This document shows, piece after piece, positions 9,566-19,473 of a stretch of DNA of 64,000 nucleotides (its first letter is position 1; every line of letters begins with the position of its first letter). The translations under genes were made by a program, and so were the position numbers. Source of the stretch: Armatimonadota bacterium (GTDB taxonomy: Bacteria > Armatimonadota > SYMT01); contig JAWLHY010000010.1 in the NCBI GenBank assembly GCA_041690135.1, positions 64,001-128,000 of the forward strand, given 5' to 3'. The notes below the pieces were generated by a model that worked only from the letters and a program-made list of their open reading frames with translations, searched no databases and was not told the DNA's origin.

Positions 9566-9606
9566 CAAATAGCGGGCCCGCGGTTTCCCGCGAGCCCGCT
9601 GTCTCT
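9566..9606. terminator. Hairpin terminator between convergent genes (ends the pur operon, possibly bidirectional)
   Basis: Minus strand AGCGGGCTCGCGG-GAAA-CCGCGGGCCCGCT-ATTTG. Confidence 0.7.
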
Positions 9607-9626
9607 GTGCCAGATGGAAGCGGCGT

Positions 9627-10262
9627 TCAGCGAACGTGGACGCGGCGACCCTCGATCCGAAGCCGCTCCTCCGCGAAAAGGCGCACGGCCTCCGGATAGG
9701 CGCGATGTTCCTCCTCCAGTACGCGGGCGGCCACTGTGTCGACGGTATCGTCTTCCAATACCGGAACCGTGCGCTGGAGAATGATCGACCCCTGGTCGTA
9801 CTTGTCGTCTACGAAAAAGACCGTTACACCGGTGTACTTGACCCCGGTCTCGATCACGGCCTCGTGGACATGGCGGCCGAAGTAACCCTTCCCCCCGAAG
9901 GCGGGGAGCAGCGAGGGGTGGACGTTCATAACTCGGCCGGCATAGCGAGAGAGGAAGACCGGCCCAAGCAGGCGCATGTACCCGGCCAGGCAGATCAACT
10001 CGACTTCCGCCTCCTCGAAGCTCCGAACCAGGGCTGCATCAAGCGAGTCTTGATCCGGGTAGTCCTGTGCGGGAATCAGCCGGGTCGGCACTCCGGCGGC
10101 TTCCGCACGCTCTAGAGCCGGCGCGCCGGGAGAGGTGCTGACAACCAGTGCCACCGTACCCGGGATGCGGCCATCCCGGGTGGCGTCGATCAGCGCCTGC
10201 ATGTTGCTCCCCCGCCCTTTGCCGGACAGTAGGATACCGAAGCGGAGGTGGCGGTCAGACAT
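9627..10262 (-). CDS. purN: Phosphoribosylglycinamide formyltransferase
   Basis: SGKGRGSNMQAL, CLAGYMRLL, NVHPSLLPAF, YDQGSII. Confidence 0.96.
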   Translation of the reverse strand: MSDRHLRFGILLSGKGRGSNMQALIDATRDGRIPGTVALVVSTSPGAPALERAEAAGVPTRLIPAQDYPDQDSLDAALVRSFEEAEVELICLAGYMRLLGPVFLSRYAGRVMNVHPSLLPAFGGKGYFGRHVHEAVIETGVKYTGVTVFFVDDKYDQGSIILQRTVPVLEDDTVDTVAARVLEEEHRAYPEAVRLFAEERLRIEGRRVHVR

Positions 10263-11752
10263 CAGACCAGCGTGGGCTCCTTCGGTTTCAGCTCTTCGAG
10301 CGAGAACTTGCTGACGCGGAGGTCCTGCGGGACCTCGATCGGATAATCGCCCGTGAAGCAGGCGTGGCAGAACTTGTCCCGCGACATGCCGATCGCCCGG
10401 GTCAACCCTTTCACGCTGAGGTATCCGAGGCTATCCGCGCCGATGTGCTGCCGGATCTCCTCGATCGTCCGCTTGGCCGCGATCAGGTCTTTGCGGTCCG
10501 CCATGTCGATCCCGTAAAAGCAAGGCCACTTGACCGGCGGCGAGCTGATACGGACGTGGACCTGCGTGGCCCCCGCCTCGCGGATCAGCTTCACGATCTG
10601 GCCGGTGGTGGTGCCCCGCACGATCGAGTCGTCCACCATGACCACGCGGCGGCCCGCCAGGGTCTCGCGAAGCGGGCTCAGCTTCATGCGCACCCCGAGT
10701 TCGCGCATCCGCTGGTCCGGCTCGATGAACGTCCGTCCGATGTAGCGGTTCTTGATAAGCCCCTCACCGAACGGAATCCCGCTCGCCTCGCTGTAACCAA
10801 TGGCGGCGGGGAACCCGGTATCGGGCACAGGGATGACCACATGCGCATCGACAGGATACTCGGCCGCCAGCTCCTGCCCCATCCGGCGGCGGGCGGCGTG
10901 CAGGGAACGTCCGTAGATCATGCTGTCCGGGCGGGCCAGGTAGATGAACTCGAACACGCACATCGCCGGCCGCTCGGGAAAGAGGGCCGGGTGATTGGTG
11001 GTTCCCTCGTGATCGATCACCACCAGCTCGCCCGGCTCGATCTCCCTCATGAACCGGGCGCCGATCACGTTCAGCGCACACGTCTCCGAAGAGACGACCG
11101 TGCCCTTACCATTGAGTGAGGCGAGGCAGAGCGGCCGGATTCCGTTCGGGTCGCGGAAGGCCAGGAGCTTATCCGGGGTCATGACGACTACGGAATAGGC
11201 GCCTTCCACGCACGCCATGGTCTCCTGGACGGCGCGGACGATATCGCCCCGATGCAGGCTGCCGATGCAGCGGGCAATCACCTCGCTGTCGTTAGTCGAT
11301 TCGAAGCGAATGCCGTCTGCCTCCAGCTCCTGCCGGAGTTGGCGGGTATTGACGATGTTGCCGTTGTGCGCGACCGCGATGGGGCCGTACGCGGTTTCCA
11401 CCAGGATCGGTTGAGCATTACAGAGAATGCTCGAACCCGTAGTGGAGTAACGCGTGTGCCCTATGCCGATGTGTCCGCCGCGCAGGTCCGTCAGGCTCTC
11501 CTCGGTGAAGACCTGGCTGACCAGCCCCATTTCCTTATGGACGCGGATCCGCTCTCCATCGGAGACGGCGATACCCGCACTCTCCTGCCCCCGGTGCTGC
11601 AGCGCGTAAAGACCGAAGTAGGTCAAACGCGCCACCTCGCTCCCGGGAGCGAAGATCCCGAAAACCCCGCATTCGTCGTGAGGACGGTCCAGATCGGGGT
11701 CGAAATGAGCCAGGCTCAGGGTTCCATCACTGCCGGGATAGTCCGCTGCCAT
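10262..11752 (-). CDS. purF: Amidophosphoribosyltransferase (propeptide and Fe-S type)
   Basis: DECGVFG, LQHRGQESAG, GHTRYST, VDDSIVRGTT, Fe-S Cys in CVFE, PCFYG and CHAC; exact start uncertain. Confidence 0.97.
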   Translation of the reverse strand: MAADYPGSDGTLSLAHFDPDLDRPHDECGVFGIFAPGSEVARLTYFGLYALQHRGQESAGIAVSDGERIRVHKEMGLVSQVFTEESLTDLRGGHIGIGHTRYSTTGSSILCNAQPILVETAYGPIAVAHNGNIVNTRQLRQELEADGIRFESTNDSEVIARCIGSLHRGDIVRAVQETMACVEGAYSVVVMTPDKLLAFRDPNGIRPLCLASLNGKGTVVSSETCALNVIGARFMREIEPGELVVIDHEGTTNHPALFPERPAMCVFEFIYLARPDSMIYGRSLHAARRRMGQELAAEYPVDAHVVIPVPDTGFPAAIGYSEASGIPFGEGLIKNRYIGRTFIEPDQRMRELGVRMKLSPLRETLAGRRVVMVDDSIVRGTTTGQIVKLIREAGATQVHVRISSPPVKWPCFYGIDMADRKDLIAAKRTIEEIRQHIGADSLGYLSVKGLTRAIGMSRDKFCHACFTGDYPIEVPQDLRVSKFSLEELKPKEPTLV

Positions 11753-13956
11753 GTGGCCTCCAGGTCATCCACGGGGACATCCAACGCCCCTCGGACGATA
11801 AGCCGGTCGCCGCCGACCTCACCGAGGTCGATAAACGGCACACCCGCCGTTTCCAGTTGCTGTCGTACAGCGGCGAGGTGCTCGCTCGCGATGGAAACCA
11901 CCACGCGCGAGGGCGCCTCGCCGAACAGATACTCCGCCGTAACGGCGCCGGCCGGCTGCAGCTCGGCGCCGAGGCGTCCCGCAATGCAGGACTCGGCGAT
12001 CGTTGTGATCAGGCCACCTTCGGAACAGTCGTGCGCGGACTGCAAGAGCCCCTGGCGTACCAGGGAACGGACCGCGCGCTGGACGGAGAGCTCCTGCTCC
12101 ACATCCAGCAGGGCCGGACGCCCGACTTCCAGGCCGTGCTCGACCGCCAGAAATTCGCTTGCGCCCAGGCCACCCACCGGAGCCGGATTGCCGATCAGCC
12201 AGATCCGGTCGCCGGCCTGCTGGAATGCAAGAGAACCGCGGCGTTCCACGTCCTCCAGCACTCCCAGCATTCCGATGATCGGGGTCGGGTGAATCGGGCC
12301 CTCCGGGCTTTCATTGTAAAGAGAGACGTTGCCACTGACAACGGCGACGTCGAACTGCTGGCATGCATCGGCAATGCCCCGCACCGCTTCGCGGAACTGG
12401 TAGTACCGGTCCGCCTTGTCCGGGTTGCCGAAGTTGAGGCCGTCCGTGACGATCCGCGGCTCGGCGCCGACACAGGCGAGGTTCCGCGCCGCTTCCGCGA
12501 TGCAGAGGCGAGCGCCTTCATACGGATCCAGGTAAACCTGGCGATCGTTGCCGTCCAGCGTGAGGGCGATGCCGATCGGCGGCGCTTCCTTGATCCGGAG
12601 CACCGCGGCGTCTCCGCCCGGCCCCTCGACCGTGTTGGCCTGAACCATGTGGTCGTACTGCTCCCACACCCAGCGCTTGCTGCAGACGTTGGGAGAAGCC
12701 AGCACTTTCAGCAGGGCCTGCCCGTAATCCGCCGGTTCCGGCAGGGCCGCCAGATCGAAGGACCACGCCTCATCCAGGTAAGCGGGCCGCTCGTAAGGGA
12801 GGTCGTAGCGGGGCGGCTCCGTCAGGAAGTCCGCGGGGAGTTTCGCCACCTCGTGACCACCGTCCAGCACCGTCAGGATCCCGTCGTCGGTCACCTCGCC
12901 GATGACCACGGCGTTCACATCCCACTTGGCGAAGATGTCGATCAGGTCCTGTTCGTTGCCCTTCTGCGCGACGAGGAGCATGCGCTCCTGCGACTCGCTC
13001 ATCAGGACCTCGTAAGGCTCCATCCCCGCTTCGCGGCGCGGGATCAGTTGGAGGTCGACCCGCATCCCCACCCCACCGGCGGCGGCCATTTCGGAGGTGG
13101 TGCAGGTGACCCCGGCGGCGCCCATGTCCTTCATACCGACCACGTACCCGGACTGGGCCGCTTCGAGACAGGCCTCGATCAGCCGCTTCTCGGTGAACGG
13201 GTCGCCGATCTGGACCGTGGGGCGCTTCTCATCGCCCTCGCCGAACTCGTGGCTGGCCAGCACGCTGCATCCGCCGATGCCGTCCCGGCCCGTGCGGCTT
13301 CCGGCGTAGAGGACGGGGTTACCGGCGCCCTTGGCCGCGGAAGAGAGCAACTGCTGTGTCGGCGCGACGCCCACCGCCATGGCGTTCACCAGGCAGTTGC
13401 CGGTGTAGCTGTCGCTGAAACGGACCTCGCCCACCACGGTTGGCACGCCGATGGAGTTGCCGTACCCGCCGATACCGTGGACCACGCCGCGCAGCAGGTA
13501 GCGGGTATACGGGTCGGAGAGTGGCCCGAACCGCAGGGAGTTGCCCGAGGCGATAGGTCGCGCGCCGCAGGTAAAGATGTCGCGGACAATACCTCCCACC
13601 CCGGTGGCGGCGCCCTGGTAGGGCTCCACCTGCGAGGGATGGTTGTGGCTCTCCACCTTCATCACCACGGCCAGGTCGGGCGTCAGGTAAAAGCCGCCGC
13701 TGTCGGCTCCGACCAGCACCTCGGCCTGGGTGCTGGTCTTTGGCAGCATCCGCAGGACGTTTCGGCTCTTGGGGTAACCGCAGTGCTCGCACCACTCCAC
13801 CGAGAACATGGCGATCTCGGTGAGGGTGGGCTGTCGCCCCAGACCCTCCAGGATGCGCTCGTACTCGTAGGGCGTGAGGCCCCAGTCGTACGCCGCCTGG
13901 CGGAGCTGCTCGGGAGTGAGATTCTCCCCGGATCTCGTAGGCGTTTCCACAGCCAT
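11716..13956 (-). CDS. purL: Phosphoribosylformylglycinamidine synthase subunit PurL (small form)
   Basis: W.EHC.Y, KVESHNHPS, GAATGVGGIVRDI, SESQERM, LNFGNP, SGNVSLYNE. Confidence 0.97.
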   Translation of the reverse strand: MAVETPTRSGENLTPEQLRQAAYDWGLTPYEYERILEGLGRQPTLTEIAMFSVEWCEHCGYPKSRNVLRMLPKTSTQAEVLVGADSGGFYLTPDLAVVMKVESHNHPSQVEPYQGAATGVGGIVRDIFTCGARPIASGNSLRFGPLSDPYTRYLLRGVVHGIGGYGNSIGVPTVVGEVRFSDSYTGNCLVNAMAVGVAPTQQLLSSAAKGAGNPVLYAGSRTGRDGIGGCSVLASHEFGEGDEKRPTVQIGDPFTEKRLIEACLEAAQSGYVVGMKDMGAAGVTCTTSEMAAAGGVGMRVDLQLIPRREAGMEPYEVLMSESQERMLLVAQKGNEQDLIDIFAKWDVNAVVIGEVTDDGILTVLDGGHEVAKLPADFLTEPPRYDLPYERPAYLDEAWSFDLAALPEPADYGQALLKVLASPNVCSKRWVWEQYDHMVQANTVEGPGGDAAVLRIKEAPPIGIALTLDGNDRQVYLDPYEGARLCIAEAARNLACVGAEPRIVTDGLNFGNPDKADRYYQFREAVRGIADACQQFDVAVVSGNVSLYNESPEGPIHPTPIIGMLGVLEDVERRGSLAFQQAGDRIWLIGNPAPVGGLGASEFLAVEHGLEVGRPALLDVEQELSVQRAVRSLVRQGLLQSAHDCSEGGLITTIAESCIAGRLGAELQPAGAVTAEYLFGEAPSRVVVSIASEHLAAVRQQLETAGVPFIDLGEVGGDRLIVRGALDVPVDDLEATWQRTIPAVMEP

Positions 13957-14366
13957 CAGTTCATCGTCCAGTCTTCGAGTGCAAGCCCCAACGGCTGGAA
14001 AACCTGAAAGTGTCGCGTGTTGTTGGTAAGTACCACTAACTGTAGTTCCAAAGCTTGAGCGGCAATCAAGAGGTCCGAATCCTCTATCGGCTCTCCCCGG
14101 TCTCGGGTGAATGCCCAGATCTCCGCTGCTTTACGCCACGTCGCAAGCGTCGTATCCCGATACCGGAAACGCTCCACGGCGGCTTCGTAAGCGTCTGACG
14201 TTCGCTTTGCCCGGCGACGGATCAATCCCCGCCGGATCTCATAATCGACCACGGGATTCAAAACAAATTGGTGGTGCACCCGGCGAGCCTCTCGAAACCG
14301 TTTTACGACACCGGCATCTCCACGCAACAGCAAGGAGAGCGTATTCGTATCCGGCAGGTAGTTCAC
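13956..14366 (-). CDS. vapC: PIN-domain VapC-family toxin (ribonuclease)
   Basis: YLPDTN, YEIRRG, DSDLLIAAQA and LTNNTRHF are typical PIN motifs. Confidence 0.9.
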   Translation of the reverse strand: MNYLPDTNTLSLLLRGDAGVVKRFREARRVHHQFVLNPVVDYEIRRGLIRRRAKRTSDAYEAAVERFRYRDTTLATWRKAAEIWAFTRDRGEPIEDSDLLIAAQALELQLVVLTNNTRHFQVFQPLGLALEDWTMN

Positions 14367-14645
14367 CTAGCGTCGCTCCGGGATACAGAGCCGGTTCGCA
14401 GCCAACTCTTGCTGGAACTCGTCCCACCACTCTTCCGAATGTTCCGCGGCAGCCTCCTGAATTGCATCCAATGCCCGCTCGAAAGCGAGAACCTCGTCTT
14501 CCTCCGTCGTGCCGGCATTCATGGTGGAGACCTCCACAGACACCTCTACCAGGCGACCCTTAGGAATGTCCAGCGGTTCGAGCAACCGCAGCATACCGTC
14601 GTCGACAATTGCCCGTACTTTGGAAGACAAGTCGGACCTCCTCAA
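14367..14645 (-). CDS. Putative antitoxin, DUF104/AF2212-like, with acidic C-terminus
   Basis: [28 protein letters not shown] resembles the DUF104 pattern; lies directly upstream of the PIN toxin. Confidence 0.8.
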   Translation of the reverse strand: MRRSDLSSKVRAIVDDGMLRLLEPLDIPKGRLVEVSVEVSTMNAGTTEEDEVLAFERALDAIQEAAAEHSEEWWDEFQQELAANRLCIPERR

Positions 14646-15370
14646 TACCTGGCGAGCACACTCTCAAACAGACGGCGGCCGTCGGCCGTGCCCAGGACCG
14701 CCTCGCTGGCGCGCTCGGGATGGGGCATCAAGCCCATCACGTTGCCTTCGGCGTTGCAGACACCGGCGATGTTCTCCAGGCTGCCGTTGGGATTGGCATC
14801 CGGAGTGACCTCGCCGTTCGCTTCGCAGTATCGGAGCAGGATCTGGCCGTTGGCGCGCATGGATTCCAGCACTTCCGGCTCGGCGAAGTAGTTCCCCTCG
14901 CCGTGGGCGATCGGGATCCGCAGCACCTCACCGACCCGGCACTCCTTCAGGAAGGGGGTCCGGGTGCTCTCCACCCGCAGGTAGGTCCACTTACAGGCGA
15001 AGTTCTGCGAACGGTTCCGCAGCATGGCGCCCGGGAGCAAGCCGGCTTCCAGCAGGACCTGGAACCCGTTGCAGATCCCCAGCACGGCCTTACCCGACCG
15101 CGCGAATTCCTGAACGGAATCCATGATGGGGCTGAAGCGGGCCACGGCCCCGGCGCGGAGGTAGTCACCATGGGCGAAACCACCGGGAAGCACGAGGACG
15201 TCCAGATCGGACAGGTCTTCGTCGCGGTGCCACACGAAGCGCACCTTCTGCCCCAGAACCTGCTCCAGCACGTGGTAGGTATCCAGGTCGCAGTTGGTGC
15301 CCGGGAACACCACCACGCCCCAGCTCAGAACGGCGGGCGCGGCGGAGGTCGTAGGTGCGGTAATACTCAT
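14642..15370 (-). CDS. purQ: FGAM synthase glutaminase subunit
   Basis: [42 protein letters not shown]. Confidence 0.97.
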   Translation of the reverse strand: MSITAPTTSAAPAVLSWGVVVFPGTNCDLDTYHVLEQVLGQKVRFVWHRDEDLSDLDVLVLPGGFAHGDYLRAGAVARFSPIMDSVQEFARSGKAVLGICNGFQVLLEAGLLPGAMLRNRSQNFACKWTYLRVESTRTPFLKECRVGEVLRIPIAHGEGNYFAEPEVLESMRANGQILLRYCEANGEVTPDANPNGSLENIAGVCNAEGNVMGLMPHPERASEAVLGTADGRRLFESVLARY

Positions 15371-15374
15371 CGGC

Positions 15375-15617
15375 TTACCCCTCGGAGGAGAGGGCGATGG
15401 AATACTGCTCGATCACGGGGTTGGCCAGCAGTTTGCGGCACATTTCATCCACCTGGCCCTCGTCGGCGTCCGGGCCGAGGTCCAGCTCGATGTATTTCCC
15501 CATGTGCACGTCCTGGACACTCTCGAATCCGAGGCTGTGCAGTGCATTCTTGACCACGGCACCCTGGGCATCCAGGACCGTAGGCTTCAGGCGGATGGTG
15601 ATCTTGGCTTTAGGCAT
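15375..15617 (-). CDS. purS: FGAM synthase subunit PurS
   Basis: [19 protein letters not shown]...[11 protein letters not shown]. Confidence 0.95.
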   Translation of the reverse strand: MPKAKITIRLKPTVLDAQGAVVKNALHSLGFESVQDVHMGKYIELDLGPDADEGQVDEMCRKLLANPVIEQYSIALSSEG

Positions 15618-15677
15618 GAAAACAGCGTCGCGGCAGCCGTGACAAAAGGACACGCGTTCTAGCTTAAACGCGAGTTA

Positions 15678-15707
15678 ATCATAGCCTACCGGGACACGAG
15701 TCAGCAA
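15678..15707 (-). promoter_or_regulatory. Putative sigma70 promoter of the purS operon
   Basis: Minus strand TTGCTG-N18-TATGAT, about 60 bp upstream of the purS ATG. Confidence 0.5.
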
Positions 15708-15731
15708 GGAAAGGCGGTCGCCTGCTTGATG

Positions 15732-16913
15732 CTATCGACCCAATACTTCATCCACCGCGTCGGGGTCGAGGAAGTTAGCCGTGCACTGCGGGCAGGTGCC
15801 GATGGGCCGCTGGGTGATCGTGCCGATGGTCCGGCCGAACATGATCAGGCCGCAGTCCGGGCAGAGGACCTCGTCCTTATGTCTGCGAGTTGCCCGAGTA
15901 GCTACCTCCCGCACTTTCTCGCGCACCCATTGTAGTTGCTCGCGGGACTGGAACACCAGGGCACTGAGGCGACCCCGTTCCAGCCACACACTGCCGCAAC
16001 CATCGCACGCATCCAGCTCGATTCCATCCGAGTTGATCCGGTGCAGGGCGCCGGCACAACCGGGACACTTCCCCACGATCTGGCCGAGGAACATGTGCCC
16101 GCAGGCCCAGCACACGGGCGCCTTCTCGTTGTTGGGCTGACCGCAGGACTCACAGAGGCGTTCTCCCGGCCGCGCCGCGCCCCCGCCCGTTCCGGGGGCA
16201 GGCTTTCTGCCCGGAACCTGGGCACGAAGCAATTCGGTGGGCGGAGTGCCGTAGTAGGACGCGCCCGGAGAAGCACCCTGCGGGGTCGCGGGTACCGCGT
16301 GGTCAGCCGGAACGGCAGGGGGTGGTGGCGGTGCCCCGTAGTAGGACCCCGACGCGGGTGCGGTCGCAGAGGGAGGCGCGTAGAAACTGCCCGAATGGTT
16401 TGCCGGCGGAACCGGGGGCGAGGGCGGCGTTGGAGCAGCGCCGTTGGGGTTCCCGGCGGAAGCAGTCCAGGGGTTCGAGGCGGAGGCGGGTGAAACCCGC
16501 GTGTTCACGGCCTGCTGACTCTGAAGGTGGTCGGCAATCCGGGCTAGCGCCGCCAGGTCGAGCCAATAGCTCTCGCACACGCCGCAGGTCGATAGCCGTG
16601 CTCCCGGCATGGAAGGGTACTCGACCCCCACCAGGACGCGCTCGCAGTTCGGACAACCCAGGGTCGGTCGTTTAGGGATGGAGGGATTGGCCCTGCCCTG
16701 TAACGTCTCCACCAGGCGACGGATGGCGGCCGAACCCGCGGCGACCACCTGCTTGAGCGTGTCCATGGTCACCCAGGCCCCGCCACAATTCAGGCAGAGG
16801 TCCAGAGTAACTGGTCCCAGGCGGCCCGCCGCCAACGGTTGCACGCATGCCGGACACGGTCGCACTCGCATTCCCACCGGTGATCCCTCCATACGGCGGC
16901 TTGGTCCTCTCAC
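15732..16913 (-). CDS. Multi zinc-ribbon (zf-TFIIB-like) protein with Pro-rich linker
   Basis: Ten CxxC pairs; D.C..C.G.W motifs of the zf-TFIIB type; start may be near 16871 (MRVRPCPAC). Confidence 0.85.
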   Translation of the reverse strand: MRGPSRRMEGSPVGMRVRPCPACVQPLAAGRLGPVTLDLCLNCGGAWVTMDTLKQVVAAGSAAIRRLVETLQGRANPSIPKRPTLGCPNCERVLVGVEYPSMPGARLSTCGVCESYWLDLAALARIADHLQSQQAVNTRVSPASASNPWTASAGNPNGAAPTPPSPPVPPANHSGSFYAPPSATAPASGSYYGAPPPPPAVPADHAVPATPQGASPGASYYGTPPTELLRAQVPGRKPAPGTGGGAARPGERLCESCGQPNNEKAPVCWACGHMFLGQIVGKCPGCAGALHRINSDGIELDACDGCGSVWLERGRLSALVFQSREQLQWVREKVREVATRATRRHKDEVLCPDCGLIMFGRTIGTITQRPIGTCPQCTANFLDPDAVDEVLGR

Positions 16914-16996
16914 TGCCGAGGACCCCCCAATCCACCTGCCGCTTATATTGACGCAGAAACCGCCGGAGCGGTTGCTGTCCTTGGTGGGCTATTCTA

Positions 16997-18799
16997 CTAA
17001 ATTTTCGTGACCGATCCTAGAAGCGCCTCAAACTCCACAATGGTACGGCGGCATACGTCGAGGCTGCTCCACCAGAAGTCGACGCTCTCGCAGTCGATAC
17101 CAAATCGAGCCGCGAGGGTGGCGGCGTCCGCCATTCCGGTGGAACTGAGCAGGTCGTTGTAGCCGACCCGGAAGCCCTCCGGATCTTCCTGATACCGGGC
17201 ATAGAGCCCCAGCCCGAAGAGCAGTCCAAACGTGTAAGGATAGTTGTAGAAAATGGGGCCGTAGTAGTGTCCCTTCACCGCCCACATGTAGGGGTGGAGC
17301 AACTCCGGGTCCAGACCGTCTCCGTAGGTGGCCAACTGGGCCTCCAGCATCAGCGCGTTGAACTCACGGACGGTGAGGTCCCGCTGCGCTCGGCGCTCGA
17401 AGACTGCCTTCTCGAAGAGGAAGCGGGAGTGGATATCCACGACCACGAGGAGATCCCGCTGCAGCGAGGTGTCCAGCAGCGCCAGGCGCTCGGCCGGGTC
17501 TGCTTGCTCCAGCACTGCGTGGAAGATGATGGTCTCGCAGAAGATGCTGGCGGTCTCCGCCAGGGTGCTCGGCGTGCCGCGGAGGAGCGGAGTGCGGCGG
17601 CCGAGTTGGAGATTGTGGTAGGCGTGCCCCAACTCGTGGGCAAGGGTGCTGACGGCGTTGAACGAGCCGTCGTAGTTCATCAGCACCCGGGATTCGCCGG
17701 GCCGAATGCCCGTGCAGTAGGCCCCGCCCTCTTTGCCGGGCCGAGGTCCCACGTCGATCCAGCGCTCGCGGAAGGCGCGATCGGCCAGGCGGGACATCTC
17801 CTCGGAGTAGCAGGCGAAGTTCCGGCGGATGAACGCCTCCGCTTCCTCCCAGGTGTACTGCCGCGCGGCGGAGCCCACCGGAGCGCTCACGTCGAACCAG
17901 GTGAGCTTATCGATCCCCAGGGCTTGCGCCTTGGCGGCCATGTAGCGGCGGAAATCCGGAAAGCTCTCCACGCAGGCCTGCTGCATGGCCTCCAGCGACT
18001 TCCGGGTAATGTTGTTCTGCAGCAGTGTCGGCTCGACATCGTCCGAGAAGCCCCGGCGGCGATTGACCACGCTCTGGGAGCCCTTCACGCCATTCAGCGC
18101 CGCGGCGAGGGGGACGGCGACCTCCTCCCAGGCCTTCAGTTCCGCTTCATAGGCCGCTTTGCGGACCTCGCGGTCGGGATCGTTGGCCAGCGCTCGGACC
18201 GCGGCCATGGGGAGGCGCTGTGCTTCGCCGCGGAGTGTGAGGGGCACTTCCAGGAGCGCGGTCATATCGGAGTGGAGGCGCGCCCAGGCCCGCAGGCCGG
18301 CGGGAAGGAGATCCGCATAGAGGTTCTCCTCCCCTTCCGGCATCTGGTGGCGGGCCAGGGTCTGCGCCTTCCGCAGCAGGAACGCATATTCGCCGGCCGC
18401 GGGGCTCTCCCCCAGCAGTGTCTCCACGTCCTGCGAGCCGATCCATGCCGTCCAGCGCTTGTCGAGCTGGTCCAGCGCGACACAGACCTGGCCGAGCTCG
18501 GAGAGCTTCGACTGGGCCGCGTCGTTCGAGGCATCCGCCGAGACCTGGCATCCCAGGTAGGAACGGAGCGTCCGCAGGCGGTCGTAGAGCGGGTTGAGCC
18601 GGTTCACGACCGCCTCAAAGGTGTCGACCGCATCCCCGGCCGGCTGCTCGGACCGCCGGATGCCCCGCGCGTCGAAGAAGGCGGCCAACTCGCCGATCTC
18701 CTCCTTGAGGGCAGCGAAGGCCGCTTCGAACTCGGGTGAGTCAAGCGCCGGGAAGACGGACTCCAGATTCCAGCGGGGCAGCAGGTCGGCCTGGGACAT
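16997..18799 (-). CDS. M3B oligoendopeptidase F
   Basis: PRWNLESVF, GKEGGAYC, TLAHELGHAYH, AETAS, FYNYPYTFG. Confidence 0.95.
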   Translation of the reverse strand: MSQADLLPRWNLESVFPALDSPEFEAAFAALKEEIGELAAFFDARGIRRSEQPAGDAVDTFEAVVNRLNPLYDRLRTLRSYLGCQVSADASNDAAQSKLSELGQVCVALDQLDKRWTAWIGSQDVETLLGESPAAGEYAFLLRKAQTLARHQMPEGEENLYADLLPAGLRAWARLHSDMTALLEVPLTLRGEAQRLPMAAVRALANDPDREVRKAAYEAELKAWEEVAVPLAAALNGVKGSQSVVNRRRGFSDDVEPTLLQNNITRKSLEAMQQACVESFPDFRRYMAAKAQALGIDKLTWFDVSAPVGSAARQYTWEEAEAFIRRNFACYSEEMSRLADRAFRERWIDVGPRPGKEGGAYCTGIRPGESRVLMNYDGSFNAVSTLAHELGHAYHNLQLGRRTPLLRGTPSTLAETASIFCETIIFHAVLEQADPAERLALLDTSLQRDLLVVVDIHSRFLFEKAVFERRAQRDLTVREFNALMLEAQLATYGDGLDPELLHPYMWAVKGHYYGPIFYNYPYTFGLLFGLGLYARYQEDPEGFRVGYNDLLSSTGMADAATLAARFGIDCESVDFWWSSLDVCRRTIVEFEALLGSVTKI

Positions 18800-18802
18800 G
18801 GG

Positions 18803-19321
18803 TTAGAGCTCCTTCGCTACACGCTCCATCAGCTTGCTGTTGCGCTTTTCGACCGACTGCGCCATTTCCGCCTTGAACTGGCGCACGCGCTCGCGGACCT
18901 CGGTGTCGGTCGCACCGAGCACTTTTGCCGCCAGCACGCCCGCATTGCGCGCGGCGTTGATCCCCACCGTGGCGACCGGCACTCCCGGAGGCATCTGCAC
19001 GATCGAGAGCAGCGAGTCGAGCCCATCGAGCGCGGCGGACTTCACCGGAACGCCAATGACGGGGAGCGGGGTGAGGGCCGCGATAACTCCCGGAAGGTGA
19101 GCCGCCCCGCCGGCGCCGGCGATCACCAACTGCACGCCGCGCTCTTCCAGACCGCGGACCCACTCCGCCACCTGGTCCGGCGTGCGGTGCGCGGAGAGCG
19201 CCTTGATCTCCCAGCCGATCCCGAGCTGGTTGAGCACGCGCCCGGCATCGAGCATGACGCCGAGATCCGAGTCGCTGCCCATGATGATACCGACGCGGAC
19301 GGGTGGGGTTGTGTCTGCCAT
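18803..19321 (-). CDS. purE: N5-CAIR mutase
   Basis: IIMGSDSD, SAHRTP, AGAGGAAHLPG, SIVQMPPGVPVATV. Confidence 0.97.
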   Translation of the reverse strand: MADTTPPVRVGIIMGSDSDLGVMLDAGRVLNQLGIGWEIKALSAHRTPDQVAEWVRGLEERGVQLVIAGAGGAAHLPGVIAALTPLPVIGVPVKSAALDGLDSLLSIVQMPPGVPVATVGINAARNAGVLAAKVLGATDTEVRERVRQFKAEMAQSVEKRNSKLMERVAKEL

Positions 19322-19473
19322 AGAAGCCTCCTGTTTAGATGTTGCTTGTTGGGTACTGCTCGTACGGATGCTGGGTGTGCGGGATGGACAAGTAGTGCGT
19401 AACGCGTATTGCGTAACTGGAACCGTTCGTGTTCGAGCCGGGAACGGTTCTCAGCTGTCTACTCTTCCTTCGT

